From an uncultured Ruficoccus sp. (GTDB taxonomy: Bacteria > Verrucomicrobiota > Verrucomicrobiia > Opitutales > Cerasicoccaceae), in NCBI GenBank assembly GCA_965140785.1, contig OZ223505.1, positions 32,001-96,000 of the forward strand: a stretch of DNA of 64,000 nucleotides. Reading direction: 5' to 3'. Shown in pieces: positions 9,246 through 19,140 of the stretch. The position numbers and the translations under genes were made by a program. Below the pieces are notes generated by a model. That model made no database searches and was not told the origin of the DNA. It worked only from the letters and a program-made list of their open reading frames with translations. The first letter of the stretch is position 1; every line of letters begins with the position of its first letter.

Positions 9246-10712
9246 TCAGACCTTGCCGGATTTACGCCACCGGTAGAGCGTGGTCGGGTGGACGCCGAGT
9301 TGGGCAGCGGTCCAGGCCAGGTCTCCGTCGGACTGCTCCAGCAACTGCTTGGCCAGCTCGTAGCGCTCGCGCTTGTTCGGCATGGGCGAACGGGAGCGGG
9401 AATAATCTCCGCCTCCGAAAGGCGAACCGCTGCCTCCGCCAAAAGGAGTCTGGGTACCGCGACGAGGGGAGGTGGCGCCGCCCTGGGGCACGAAGGGAAC
9501 CCGCGTCGCCCCCGCCGGAAACGGCGCGGGGCTGTGGCGGCGCTTGAAGCCGCCGGGCAGGACCGTGGTGTACGGGTCGGTTTTTTCCGGCGGCTCCCAC
9601 CAGGCCGCTCGCATGACCGGGCCGGTGTAGTGGATGGCGAGGCGGTCGATGACCTGCTTCAGCTCGCGCACGTTGCCCGGCCAGTCGTAGAGCTGGAAGC
9701 GGTAGATGAGCTCGGGCTCCATCGTCTCGAAGTTTTTGCCCAGGCGGATGGCTGCGGTGTCGAGCAGTGAACGGGCCAGCTCGGGGATGTCCCCGGAGTG
9801 GTGCCGCAGCGGGGGCGTGTTTAAAATCACCTCCGAGACGCGGTAGTAAAGGTCGAGCCGGAAGCGCCCGGCCTCGGCGTCGGCACGCAGGTCGCGGTTG
9901 GTGGCGGAGACGACGCGCAGGTTGCAGCGGTATTCCTTGGTGCTGCCGACGCGGCGGGCCTGGCGCGTCTCCAGGAAGCGCAGCAGCTTGGGCTGGAGCG
10001 AGATGTCCATCTCGCCGATTTCGTCGAGAAAAAGCGTGCCGCCGGAGGCTTCCTCGACCAGGCCGGGCTTGTCCGCGCCGGCCCCGGTGAAGGCGCCTTT
10101 TTGCACACCGAACAGCTCGCTCTCCATCAGGTCCGGGGGGATGGCCGCACAGTTGACCGCGACGAATTTGTCCTTGCCGGAGGCGTCGTGCAGGCACTCG
10201 GCGACGAGTTCCTTACCGGTGCCGGACTCGCCCATGACGAGCACGCTGGCGTCGGTCGGGCCGATGCGCTGGATGGACTCGCGCAGGGCCTTCATGGCGC
10301 TGGACTGGCCGATCAGCTTCTCGTCCTGGCTCTGACCGAGGCCGCCATAGAGCTGCCACCAGAGGGCCTGGGACTTGGCCGCGGCCTCGATAGCGTCGTT
10401 CCAGCGCGAGTCGGAGTCCTTCTCGTCGAGCACGTCGTAGGCTCCGTCGCGGGCGGCGTTCATGACACTGAGCGTGTCCATCTCCTGCCCATAAACCAGG
10501 TAGTAGCGGCTGGCCCGGGCGAGGATGACCCGTTGCTCGCTCCAGGCGTCCTGCTCCGAGGCGCTCCAGGGGATCAGGTACACCAGGTCGGTTGAATTCG
10601 GGTCGAGGGTCTGGACCCGCTCGGGGCTCTCCGCGCGCACCCCGTGCCCCAGCAGTTGCAGCCGCTTGAGGAGGGACGGGTTTTTTTCACGCGTGAGCAG
10701 GCACACCTTCAT
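9246..10712 (-). CDS. Sigma-54-dependent enhancer-binding transcriptional regulator (degenerate receiver + AAA+ + Fis HTH)
   Basis: GESGTGKE, ESELFGVQKGAFTGA, LFLDEIGEM, WPGNVREL, C-terminal AAQLGVHPTTLYRW. Confidence 0.93.
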   Translation of the reverse strand: MKVCLLTREKNPSLLKRLQLLGHGVRAESPERVQTLDPNSTDLVYLIPWSASEQDAWSEQRVILARASRYYLVYGQEMDTLSVMNAARDGAYDVLDEKDSDSRWNDAIEAAAKSQALWWQLYGGLGQSQDEKLIGQSSAMKALRESIQRIGPTDASVLVMGESGTGKELVAECLHDASGKDKFVAVNCAAIPPDLMESELFGVQKGAFTGAGADKPGLVEEASGGTLFLDEIGEMDISLQPKLLRFLETRQARRVGSTKEYRCNLRVVSATNRDLRADAEAGRFRLDLYYRVSEVILNTPPLRHHSGDIPELARSLLDTAAIRLGKNFETMEPELIYRFQLYDWPGNVRELKQVIDRLAIHYTGPVMRAAWWEPPEKTDPYTTVLPGGFKRRHSPAPFPAGATRVPFVPQGGATSPRRGTQTPFGGGSGSPFGGGDYSRSRSPMPNKRERYELAKQLLEQSDGDLAWTAAQLGVHPTTLYRWRKSGKV

Positions 10713-10920
10713 TAGTACGCCTACGCTAGCCTGCAATGTCTGCGCTTTGCAAATGCAATCTGTCCGCGCACCACGCCCCCTATGACGGTCCGCCCCTGCC
10801 ACTCCTAACGGTGCGAACCTGCGGGAGAAAATGCGTCCCGGCGTTGACGCGGTAAAACTTTGGCTGTCTAGTAGTCTCTCAAATCCTTCAAAAACAACTG
10901 TTAATCTCACAGAACCAACC

Positions 10921-11553
<633 letters not shown>

Positions 11554-11584
11554 GCCGGACAATCTCGTCCCACGTTTTTAAAAC

Positions 11585-11616
11585 AAAAGCCGCCCCCGGA
11601 AAGGGGCGGCTTTTTT
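11585..11616. terminator. Bidirectional intrinsic terminator
   Basis: aaaagccgcccc-cggaa-aggggcggctttttt between convergent genes. Confidence 0.85.
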
Positions 11617-11668
11617 AGTCGTTACAAAATATCGGTGACAGCCAGTAGGTGCCGGCTGCGCTTTTCAG

Positions 11669-12502
11669 CTAACGGGCCCGCTTGCGGCGCAGCCATGCCA
11701 CGATGAGAACCAGGCCTCCCAGGATACCGGCATAGGTCGAGGGCTCGGGTACGACCACTTGGACGCCGTTGAGAACCGAGCGTAGGTATTCTCCGGTGCC
11801 GCTTTCTGTTGCGTGGACCGTCAGGGTAAAGGAGGAACCGGTCACCCCGCTGAAAATGTAAATGTTGCCCTCGGTGTTATTCTCCGGATAGATCGGCCAG
11901 GTCCCACCGGAGCCGCCGGGCGAAGCAACCTGGAACAGGCCGTTGGGATTGTCGCCGGTGCCGCTGTTGAAATTCGTGTCTTCCGTGTCCCCAATGATGG
12001 CGCTCTCGCCTCCGATCGTGTAGGAGGCCAGCTTCCAGACATTATTATTAGCGCCGTCGGCATAGACAATCACTGAGTAGGGTTCGGTTGCGCTGAGACC
12101 GGAAAAGGTGACAGAGGCGTCCGTGGACTCGTTGCCCTCGATGTAGCCCTTCATCAGGGTGGTGGAGGCGGTGGAATTCGTGCCGCCCGTCACATTTGGC
12201 AGGCTGTAGGTGTTACTCGAGCTCCACGAGACGCTGACGCCGGAGGCGCTGCTGCCATTCGAGTAAAGCAGGCTGCTGCTGCTGCCCGAGGCATTGGAAA
12301 GATTATTCCAGTTGGATTGCTGAGTCGAGCCCAGTTCATTGCCCCCTTCGTTCCCCACGAGACCTGCCACGTCCGAAGAAGACATGGCCGCGCCGTCCTC
12401 GTTCGCACCGAAATTCACCCCCAGGTACATCACCCCGTAAGATGAGAGAGACCCGGCCAGGGCAAGCGAAGCAGAAAGAAGGATTATCCGAGCGTTCTTC
12501 AT
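11669..12502 (-). CDS. PEP-CTERM sorting domain surface protein
   Basis: Signal peptide MKNARIILLSASLALAG; Ser/Gly/Asn-rich body; VPEPSTYAGILGGLVLIVAWLRRKRAR. Confidence 0.9.
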   Translation of the reverse strand: MKNARIILLSASLALAGSLSSYGVMYLGVNFGANEDGAAMSSSDVAGLVGNEGGNELGSTQQSNWNNLSNASGSSSSLLYSNGSSASGVSVSWSSSNTYSLPNVTGGTNSTASTTLMKGYIEGNESTDASVTFSGLSATEPYSVIVYADGANNNVWKLASYTIGGESAIIGDTEDTNFNSGTGDNPNGLFQVASPGGSGGTWPIYPENNTEGNIYIFSGVTGSSFTLTVHATESGTGEYLRSVLNGVQVVVPEPSTYAGILGGLVLIVAWLRRKRAR

Positions 12503-12760
12503 AGATAGGGACAGGATAGGGACTCGTGCCCACGAATCAAACATATAATCCTTACGTAATTGTTAAAACTACGCTGTAAAGAACTGGTTCCCGTGGATGG
12601 ACATGCGGCTGAAGCGCGCAAAGCGTTCAGGCATCCTCCCGCCGGCCTGAGAGGCCGAACAAAGAGGATGCCCGAGACGACAGGTCGGGGTGCGCTCGTT
12701 CCCGCCCGCTCCTCCGGCGCAAACGAAAGACGGATCAAGCGGACGCGAGACTGGAAGCAC

Positions 12761-13765
12761 TCACCTGCGCCACTCGCTGGTGATGAGCACCTTGCCGTTG
12801 CGGCCACCGGCATTGGCGCGGGCGACGGCTTCGAGGGCTTGTTCAAAGGGATAGGTGCTGTCGATGGGCAGCTTGATCACGCCCCGGGCCATGAAGTCGT
12901 AGACCTCGGCCTGCATGGCGTCGAACTCGGCTTTGTCGTGGGTGCGGATCCAGCGGTCCATCCAGAAGCCGCACAGGCACACGTCGTTGAAGATCAGATT
13001 GCGGGTGGGGAAGCGGACCTTGTCCCCGACCATACCGCCGAAGGTGACGACCTTGCCGGAGTCGGCCAGGCAGCGGATGATGCGGATCACGCTCTCGCCG
13101 CCGATGGAGTTCAGGCCCAGACGCGGCTTGGCCCCGCCGGTGAGGGACTTGATGTCCTTGAAAAAGTCCGAGTCCTCGGCCACCACCACGTCCGCGCCCA
13201 TCTCCTTGAGGATCGGTTCCCAGGTGGCGGTGTCGCGCACGATGTTGATCGTCTTGAGCCCCATGTTCTGCGCGAGCTGGATGACGGAGATGCCCACGGC
13301 GGAGTTGGCGGCGTTCTGGATGATCCATTCGCCGGGCTTGAAGTCGATGTAGTCCCGCAGCAGCCGCAGGGCGGTCGGCGGGTTGACAAAGGCCTGCGCC
13401 GCCATCTGCACCGGCACGTCGGCGGGGATTTTAATGAGGTCGGCGGCGGGGGTGACCACGGCCTGCATCCAGCAGCCGGGCTCCTCGGGCATCTTGACCT
13501 GCTGGCCGGGCTTGAGATCCTGCACGCCTTCGCCGACGGCGAGGACTTCGCCCACGGCCTCGCGTCCGGCCACGGCGGGCAGGTCGCGCAGACGGCCGTA
13601 GGTGCCGCCGATCATTCCCATGTCGGAAGGGTGCAGGACGGCCGCGCGCAGGGCGACCAGGGCTTGACCGGGGCCGGGCTCGCCCACCGGCATCGGTTCG
13701 AGCTTCAGGACCTCTTCGGGTTTTCCGCGTTCGTGGTAACGGACTGCTTGTGGTTCAGTATTCAC
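12761..13765 (-). CDS. MDR-family NADPH oxidoreductase (2-enoyl thioester reductase/MECR-like)
   Basis: HPSDMGMIGGTYG, VNPPTALRLL, IIQNAANSAVG, GFWM, GKVLI; start uncertain. Confidence 0.85.
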   Translation of the reverse strand: MNTEPQAVRYHERGKPEEVLKLEPMPVGEPGPGQALVALRAAVLHPSDMGMIGGTYGRLRDLPAVAGREAVGEVLAVGEGVQDLKPGQQVKMPEEPGCWMQAVVTPAADLIKIPADVPVQMAAQAFVNPPTALRLLRDYIDFKPGEWIIQNAANSAVGISVIQLAQNMGLKTINIVRDTATWEPILKEMGADVVVAEDSDFFKDIKSLTGGAKPRLGLNSIGGESVIRIIRCLADSGKVVTFGGMVGDKVRFPTRNLIFNDVCLCGFWMDRWIRTHDKAEFDAMQAEVYDFMARGVIKLPIDSTYPFEQALEAVARANAGGRNGKVLITSEWRR

Positions 13766-13902
13766 GAAAACAATTAACCACGATTCCGGCCCGTTCGCCA
13801 TAAAAATCCCTGATTCGTTTCGGATTTATAAGCGCCACGCGAGGGGCGGATAACTCCGTTAGGATAGGCCCCGGCGGAAGGTGTCGGTGCTTCGTAAATA
13901 TA

Positions 13903-13984
13903 TTTAACCACAGAGCGCACAGAGGATTTTTAGGGACTGAGGTTTATTCATTTCTCTGTGTGCTCTGTGTCCTCTGTGGTTAAA
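13903..13984. repeat. Element with inverted arms of 9-nt periodicity (empty)
   Basis: tttaaccacagagcgcacagagg ... ctctgtgtgctctgtgtcctctgtggttaaa. Confidence 0.8.
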
Positions 13985-14114
13985 ACAATAAACGGCAGGG
14001 GGGTAAAAAGACATTTCCCTCCCTCGGCGTCGTAATCAATTCCCCATCCGCGGCTTGCTGTTTTTTGCGTTTGGCATCAATGGTTAACCCCACACTTTTC
14101 CTGAACAACCCATT

Positions 14115-16244
14115 ATGGACCATCCCTTTCTTCACGACAGCTTCATCATTCCCTGGCACGAGCTCACGACCGAGCACATCCAGCCCGACATCGAGCTGGC
14201 TCTGACCCGCGCCCAGGAGCGCATTGACGCCATTGCCGACACGCCGCTGGAGGCGGTGACGTTCGCCAACACCCTGCTCGCCCTCGAAAAGGCGACCGAG
14301 GGGTTGACCCGCGCCTGGGGCTGCGTCGGCCACCTTGACAGCGTGGACAACAGCCCCGCCCTGCGCGAGGCCTACAACGCCATGCTCCCGAAGGTCTCGG
14401 AGTTTTACACCCGTATCAGCCTGAACAAAAAACTCTGGCTGGTCATCAAGGCGTTCGCTGAGACCGCCGAGGCGAAGGCGCTGAGCGGCACCCGCAAGCG
14501 CTTGCTGGAGGAGACGCTGGAAGACTTCCGCCTGAGCGGGGCGGACCTGCCTGAAGAGAAAAAGAAAGTCCTCGAAGGCATCAACGCCGAGCTTTCGCGC
14601 CTGACGCAGAAGTACGGCGAGAACGTCCTCGACTCCACCAACGCCTGGGAACTGCTCGTCGAGGACGAGTCGCGCCTGGCCGGGCTTCCGCAGTCGGCCA
14701 AAGACGCCGCCCGCGAATCCGCCAAGTCCAAGGGTCACGGCTCGGACGAGCAGCCGGTCTGGCGCTTCACCCTGCACATGCCCTCCATGCTGCCGGTGAT
14801 GAAATACGCTGACGATGAGTCGCTGCGTAAGCAGGTCTGGGAGGGCTCCATCGGCATCGGGCAGAAAGAGCCGCATGACAACACGGACCTGATTTGGAAG
14901 ATTTTGGAAAAGCGGCAGGAGAAGGCCGAGCTGCTGGGCAAGGCACACTTCGCCGATCTCGTGCTGGAGCGCCGCATGGCCAAGGACGGGGCTGCCGCGC
15001 TCGCCTTCACCGAGGACCTGCACACGCGCATCAAGGACGCCTTCGCCGCCGAGGTGGCCGAGCTGGAAACGTTTAAGGCCGAGCAGACCGGCACCGAGCG
15101 CGACCACCTCCAGCCCTGGGAAGTCGCCTACTGGTCCGAAAAGCTGCGCAAGCACCGCTACGCCCTCGACGAGGAGGAGCTGCGCCCGTACTTCCCCATC
15201 AACCGCGTGGTCGAGGGGATGTACGAGCTGGTCGAGCGCATTTTCGGGGTAAAGATCGTCCAGCGGCCCACCCGCTACACCGACCCCGAGAGCGGCGAGG
15301 AGCAGACGTTCGACGAGGGCACGCCTTCGTCCGACCACGCCATCGCCGAGGTTTGGCACCCGGATGTGAAGTTCTACGACCTGCTCGACGGTGACGGCAC
15401 GCACCTGGGCTCCTTTTACGCCGACTGGTACCCGCGCGAGTCCAAGCGCGGCGGCGCCTGGATGAACTACCTGCGCACCGGCGGCCCCGTCCCCGGTGAC
15501 AAGCCCGAGCCGCACCTGGGCTTGATGTGCGGCAACCTCAACCCGCCCGTCGGCGGCAAGCCCGCCCTCATGAACCACCGCGACGTGGAGACGATTTTCC
15601 ACGAGTTCGGGCACCTGCTGCACCACCTGCTGGGCAAGGTGGACATCAAATCTCTCAACGGCGTCAACGTCGCCTGGGACTTCGTCGAGCTGCCCTCGCA
15701 GATCATGGAAAACTGGTGCTGGGAAAAGGACGCGCTCGACCTCTTCGCCAAGCACGTGGAGACCGGCGAACGCCTGCCCGCCGAACTGCTCGACAAGATG
15801 CTCGCGGCCCGCAACTTCGAGCAGGCCACCGCCACCATGCGCCAGCTCTCCTTCGGCAAGATGGACCTGGACCTGCACATCGGGATCAAATCCCACGAAG
15901 GCCGCGACCTCGACGCCTGGATCGACGAGTCGCTCGCCGACTACCGCGCCCCGCTCAAGACGAAGACCCCCGCCATCGCGCGGCGCTTCACGCACCTGTT
16001 TTCCGACCCCACCGGCTACGCCGCCGGGTACTACTCCTACAAGTGGGCCGAGGTGCTCGACGCCGACGCCTTCACCCGCTTCCAGCAGGAGGGCGTACTC
16101 AACCCGGCCACCGGCAAGGACTTCCGCGAAAAGATTCTGCAAAAGGGCAACTCCGAGCCGCCCGCAAAGCTCTTCCACGACTTCATGGGCCGCGACCCGG
16201 ACCTCAACTCCCTGTTGCTACGTGCCGGACTACAGCCGGCGTAA
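14115..16244 (+). CDS. prlC: M3 family oligopeptidase A
   Basis: KRGGAWM, FHEFGHLLHH, DFVELPSQIMENW, GYAAGYYSYKWAEVLDADAF. Confidence 0.92.
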   Translation: MDHPFLHDSFIIPWHELTTEHIQPDIELALTRAQERIDAIADTPLEAVTFANTLLALEKATEGLTRAWGCVGHLDSVDNSPALREAYNAMLPKVSEFYTRISLNKKLWLVIKAFAETAEAKALSGTRKRLLEETLEDFRLSGADLPEEKKKVLEGINAELSRLTQKYGENVLDSTNAWELLVEDESRLAGLPQSAKDAARESAKSKGHGSDEQPVWRFTLHMPSMLPVMKYADDESLRKQVWEGSIGIGQKEPHDNTDLIWKILEKRQEKAELLGKAHFADLVLERRMAKDGAAALAFTEDLHTRIKDAFAAEVAELETFKAEQTGTERDHLQPWEVAYWSEKLRKHRYALDEEELRPYFPINRVVEGMYELVERIFGVKIVQRPTRYTDPESGEEQTFDEGTPSSDHAIAEVWHPDVKFYDLLDGDGTHLGSFYADWYPRESKRGGAWMNYLRTGGPVPGDKPEPHLGLMCGNLNPPVGGKPALMNHRDVETIFHEFGHLLHHLLGKVDIKSLNGVNVAWDFVELPSQIMENWCWEKDALDLFAKHVETGERLPAELLDKMLAARNFEQATATMRQLSFGKMDLDLHIGIKSHEGRDLDAWIDESLADYRAPLKTKTPAIARRFTHLFSDPTGYAAGYYSYKWAEVLDADAFTRFQQEGVLNPATGKDFREKILQKGNSEPPAKLFHDFMGRDPDLNSLLLRAGLQPA

Positions 16245-16330
16245 GGTGGGACGGCGTTTTACACCAATTGAGAAGATGGATTTATAGTGAGTCGCAATCC
16301 ATCAAATAGATCAGAAACAGTTCAAACGTT

Positions 16331-16663
16331 CTATGCATTCTGCTCTAACCACAGCTCTTCCCATGTCTCAACCCATGATGGTGGCGTGCTGGACCAGACA
16401 TCGCACACATCATACTTATACTCTCCATCATCATTACGATCAATCAGAGCTTTAGCGTATGCCTCAATGTCATCGCGGTCAAAATAACGAGAAATAATTA
16501 CGGCTATTTTGTCTCCATATCCAATACCTAAATCTTGATAAGCACTTTTTAGAGCGTCATCTAAAGATGGTGCCCTTTCGATTGGAATGCAATCATCACC
16601 TCTGCGACAAATCAGATAATTATATTCTTCGTGATTCATATTTATAGACATAGTTAAAATCAA
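16331..16663 (-). CDS. Hypothetical protein in an AT-rich islet
   Basis: 110-aa ORF spanning the visibly AT-rich segment; start uncertain. Confidence 0.5.
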   Translation of the reverse strand: MILTMSINMNHEEYNYLICRRGDDCIPIERAPSLDDALKSAYQDLGIGYGDKIAVIISRYFDRDDIEAYAKALIDRNDDGEYKYDVCDVWSSTPPSWVETWEELWLEQNA

Positions 16664-16896
16664 TAAATCCTATATATTGACATGATTAATAATATTATTT
16701 CGTCAATCCTGAATGTTGTTCATTGAATTAAGCCTTATCGATGAGTCGCCTTATACGCAGCGCTCCGGGTCGGTTTTGGGGAACCTTTGCCTACGGGGCC
16801 TGTTCTATGCCGCGTGGAGACAAGGCGTACGGCCCCGCATAACCGACGGCGTTTCCTTGAAAACCCGCAGGAACTGAATTTGCTAAAGAGATAACC

Positions 16897-17637
16897 ATGA
16901 ATACCATCCTCTCACTTTCCCTTTTCCCCTCGCTCGGCTTCATCATCCCGATGGGGGGCGGCTGGGGCCTGTGGCTCGTGCTCATCGTGCCGACGATCAT
17001 TCTCGGCATCTGGGCCCAGCACCGGGTCACGAGCACCTATCGCAAGTACAGCCAGGTGCCCTCGCGCGGACGCATCTCCGGGGCGGAGGCGGCCTCCGCC
17101 GTCATGCGCAAGGCCGGGATCACCGATGTTGAAATCGTCGAAATCGGCGGGCACTTGACCGACCACTACGACCCGGTCAACAAGCGTCTCGCGCTCAGCA
17201 GCGCGAACTACCGGGGCACCAGCCTGGCCGCGCTCGGTGTCTCCGCCCACGAGGCCGGGCACGCCATCCAGCACAAGGTCGGCTACAAGGCGCTCAACCT
17301 GCGCATGGCCCTGATCCCGGTCACGAGCTTCGCCTCGCAGATCCTGCCCATCGTGCTGATCGCGAGCTTCTTCCTGCCCCTGCTGGGGGTGATGGGGATC
17401 AAGATCGCGGTGGTGTGTTACCTGATCCTGACGGTTTTCCAGCTCATCACGCTGCCGGTGGAGTTCGACGCCAGCGCCCGCGCCCGTAAGGAGCTGGTCG
17501 GCATCGGCATCATCGACCAGGACGAGTCCATCGGCGTCGTGCGCACGCTCAATGCCGCGGGCTGGACCTACGTGGCCGCCTTCATCAGCTCGCTGGCCAA
17601 CCTGATCTTTCTCTTCCTGCTCTCGCGCGACCGGTAA
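16897..17637 (+). CDS. Membrane zinc metallopeptidase (YugP/Zn_peptidase_2 family)
   Basis: LTDHYDP, AHEAGHAIQH, TLPVEFDASARA, LNAAGWTYVAA. Confidence 0.92.
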   Translation: MNTILSLSLFPSLGFIIPMGGGWGLWLVLIVPTIILGIWAQHRVTSTYRKYSQVPSRGRISGAEAASAVMRKAGITDVEIVEIGGHLTDHYDPVNKRLALSSANYRGTSLAALGVSAHEAGHAIQHKVGYKALNLRMALIPVTSFASQILPIVLIASFFLPLLGVMGIKIAVVCYLILTVFQLITLPVEFDASARARKELVGIGIIDQDESIGVVRTLNAAGWTYVAAFISSLANLIFLFLLSRDR

Positions 17638-17659
17638 AGCCGTCGCTGGGCGGGATGCT

Positions 17660-17824
17660 AGGGCCTGTTCAGGTAAACGCTCAAAGCGGCATAAAATGGG
17701 TCTTTTCGCTCTGGAATCGACGTTTTTCGACTCGATGAATCTTGATTCACCTCGTCTCAAAACCTCAATTCAGCCTCGAAAATCCCTCATTTTTCCATCT
17801 TTTCCGTTTACCTGAACAGGCCCT
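17660..17824. mobile_element. 165-bp MITE-like palindromic element
   Basis: Perfect 20-bp terminal inverted repeat agggcctgttcaggtaaacg/cgtttacctgaacaggccct; interior is an imperfect palindrome centred on gaatc-tt-gattc. Confidence 0.75.
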
Positions 17825-17842
17825 GGATCATCCGCTTTTTCC

Positions 17843-17874
17843 AAACCGGACTTCCGCCCGAAGTCCGGTTTTTT
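17843..17874 (+). terminator. Intrinsic terminator
   Basis: ccggacttc-cgccc-gaagtccgg followed by tttttt. Confidence 0.8.
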
Positions 17875-17968
17875 GTTTTCGGTTTTCCCGTTCCGACGCA
17901 GATTCTTATTCTGCGTGAATTACCCGCCTTTTCTTGACTAACTAATAAATCCCGGCAGCTTGGCTAAT

Positions 17969-18361
17969 ATGCTGCGACTCTCCGGCTGCTGCCTGCTTTT
18001 GCTGGCCCTGCTCTCCGCTCTCAATGTTCATTGGGCGGTCCTGCAGGGCGTGGCCTGGGCGAGCATGCTGAGCAAGGAGCAGCAGCGCGCGGCCACTTAC
18101 CGCGAAGCGATTGAGCGGACCTTCGGCGGGGAGTATCCCTGCGAAATCTGCGGACTGATTGATCAGAACCTCCTCAAGGAGCCCGCGCCGCTCAAGGCCG
18201 CCCGTCAGGCCGAATACCTCAGCGTAAAGCTGATCCTGCCCCGGGCCGAGAAGATCGTTCCCGTCCCGGCCAGCCAGCGCATGGCGCTGATCCCGGCCCC
18301 GGATACACGGGCGGCTGTGTTGCCGTCCCTGCCGGAGACGCCGCCCCCACGGCTCAGTTAA
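17969..18361 (+). CDS. Small membrane protein with CxxC and C-terminal PPPR (DUF2946-like leader candidate)
   Basis: N-terminal hydrophobic segment, HWAVLQGVAWASM, TFGGEYPCEIC, ends PETPPPRLS. Confidence 0.75.
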   Translation: MLRLSGCCLLLLALLSALNVHWAVLQGVAWASMLSKEQQRAATYREAIERTFGGEYPCEICGLIDQNLLKEPAPLKAARQAEYLSVKLILPRAEKIVPVPASQRMALIPAPDTRAAVLPSLPETPPPRLS

Positions 18362-18462
18362 AGCGTCTCTCTCTTTCTTTTCCTATCCCGTGCGCTGAGG
18401 CAAAAAATGCTTCAGGGCTGCCCGGGTCTTCTCTGTTTACAGACTTATAACTTTCACGACAA

Positions 18463-19140
18463 ATGTATCATAAAATATTTTTATTCTCCCTGGGCTCTCT
18501 CTGCGCCCTCACCTCGCAGGCTGCGGAGCTGAACAGCGTCGGCCAGATGATGCCGATGATTCATATCAACATCGATTTCAACAGCTTCAACGACGAGCTG
18601 AGCGTCCACGTGGACAGCGGCGTGCCGCAAATGCAGCCGCTCAGCGTCGCCTCGCCGGGCGACTCCTTCAACCCGGCCGCCCCGTGGTACACCACGCTTG
18701 ATCCCAGCCAGGAGGGACTGGCCTGGACGCGGCGCTACGGCTTCGTCGCCACGAATGACCCGGCTCCGGAAGGATTGAGCTTCTGGGTCGATCTCGACGT
18801 AACCACGATGGGGCTGGAGGCTTACTTCACCCGGACTGAGCCGGACATGTTCACGCCTATCTTCGGCACGGACGGCTCCAGTACCTTGTGGGAGTTTCCC
18901 AATACCATGATCCACCCGGTTTTCGCGGGCGATCCGACCGTGGCCAGCTATGTGCTGACCGGCACGATCTATGTGGGCGACAGCGAAGGCGTGGCTGCAG
19001 CCGGGTACAACAGCGCGGCGTTTACGCTTAACTTCACCTCGGTGCCCGAGCCGGGCGTCTATGCGCTGGCGGTGGGCCTGCTCGCGCTGGTGCCGCTGCT
19101 GGTCCGCTGCCGGAAAGGGAAGGCGGGCGCGCGTGCTTAA
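18463..19140 (+). CDS. PEP-CTERM surface protein with Met/His motifs
   Basis: Signal peptide; MMPMIHI and TMIHP; VPEPGVYALAVGLLALVPLLVRCRK. Confidence 0.85.
   Translation: MYHKIFLFSLGSLCALTSQAAELNSVGQMMPMIHINIDFNSFNDELSVHVDSGVPQMQPLSVASPGDSFNPAAPWYTTLDPSQEGLAWTRRYGFVATNDPAPEGLSFWVDLDVTTMGLEAYFTRTEPDMFTPIFGTDGSSTLWEFPNTMIHPVFAGDPTVASYVLTGTIYVGDSEGVAAAGYNSAAFTLNFTSVPEPGVYALAVGLLALVPLLVRCRKGKAGARA

Noticed and set aside
16245..16745. AT-rich ORF as an integron cassette
   Set aside because: No convincing attC (RYYYAAC...GTTRRRY with inner boxes) and no integron integrase in the window.
16869..16884. Sigma-54-like site aGGaactgaatttGCt before the YugP-family gene
   Set aside because: Spacing is correct but the -24 element is weak and the implied TSS falls almost on the start codon; not enough support.
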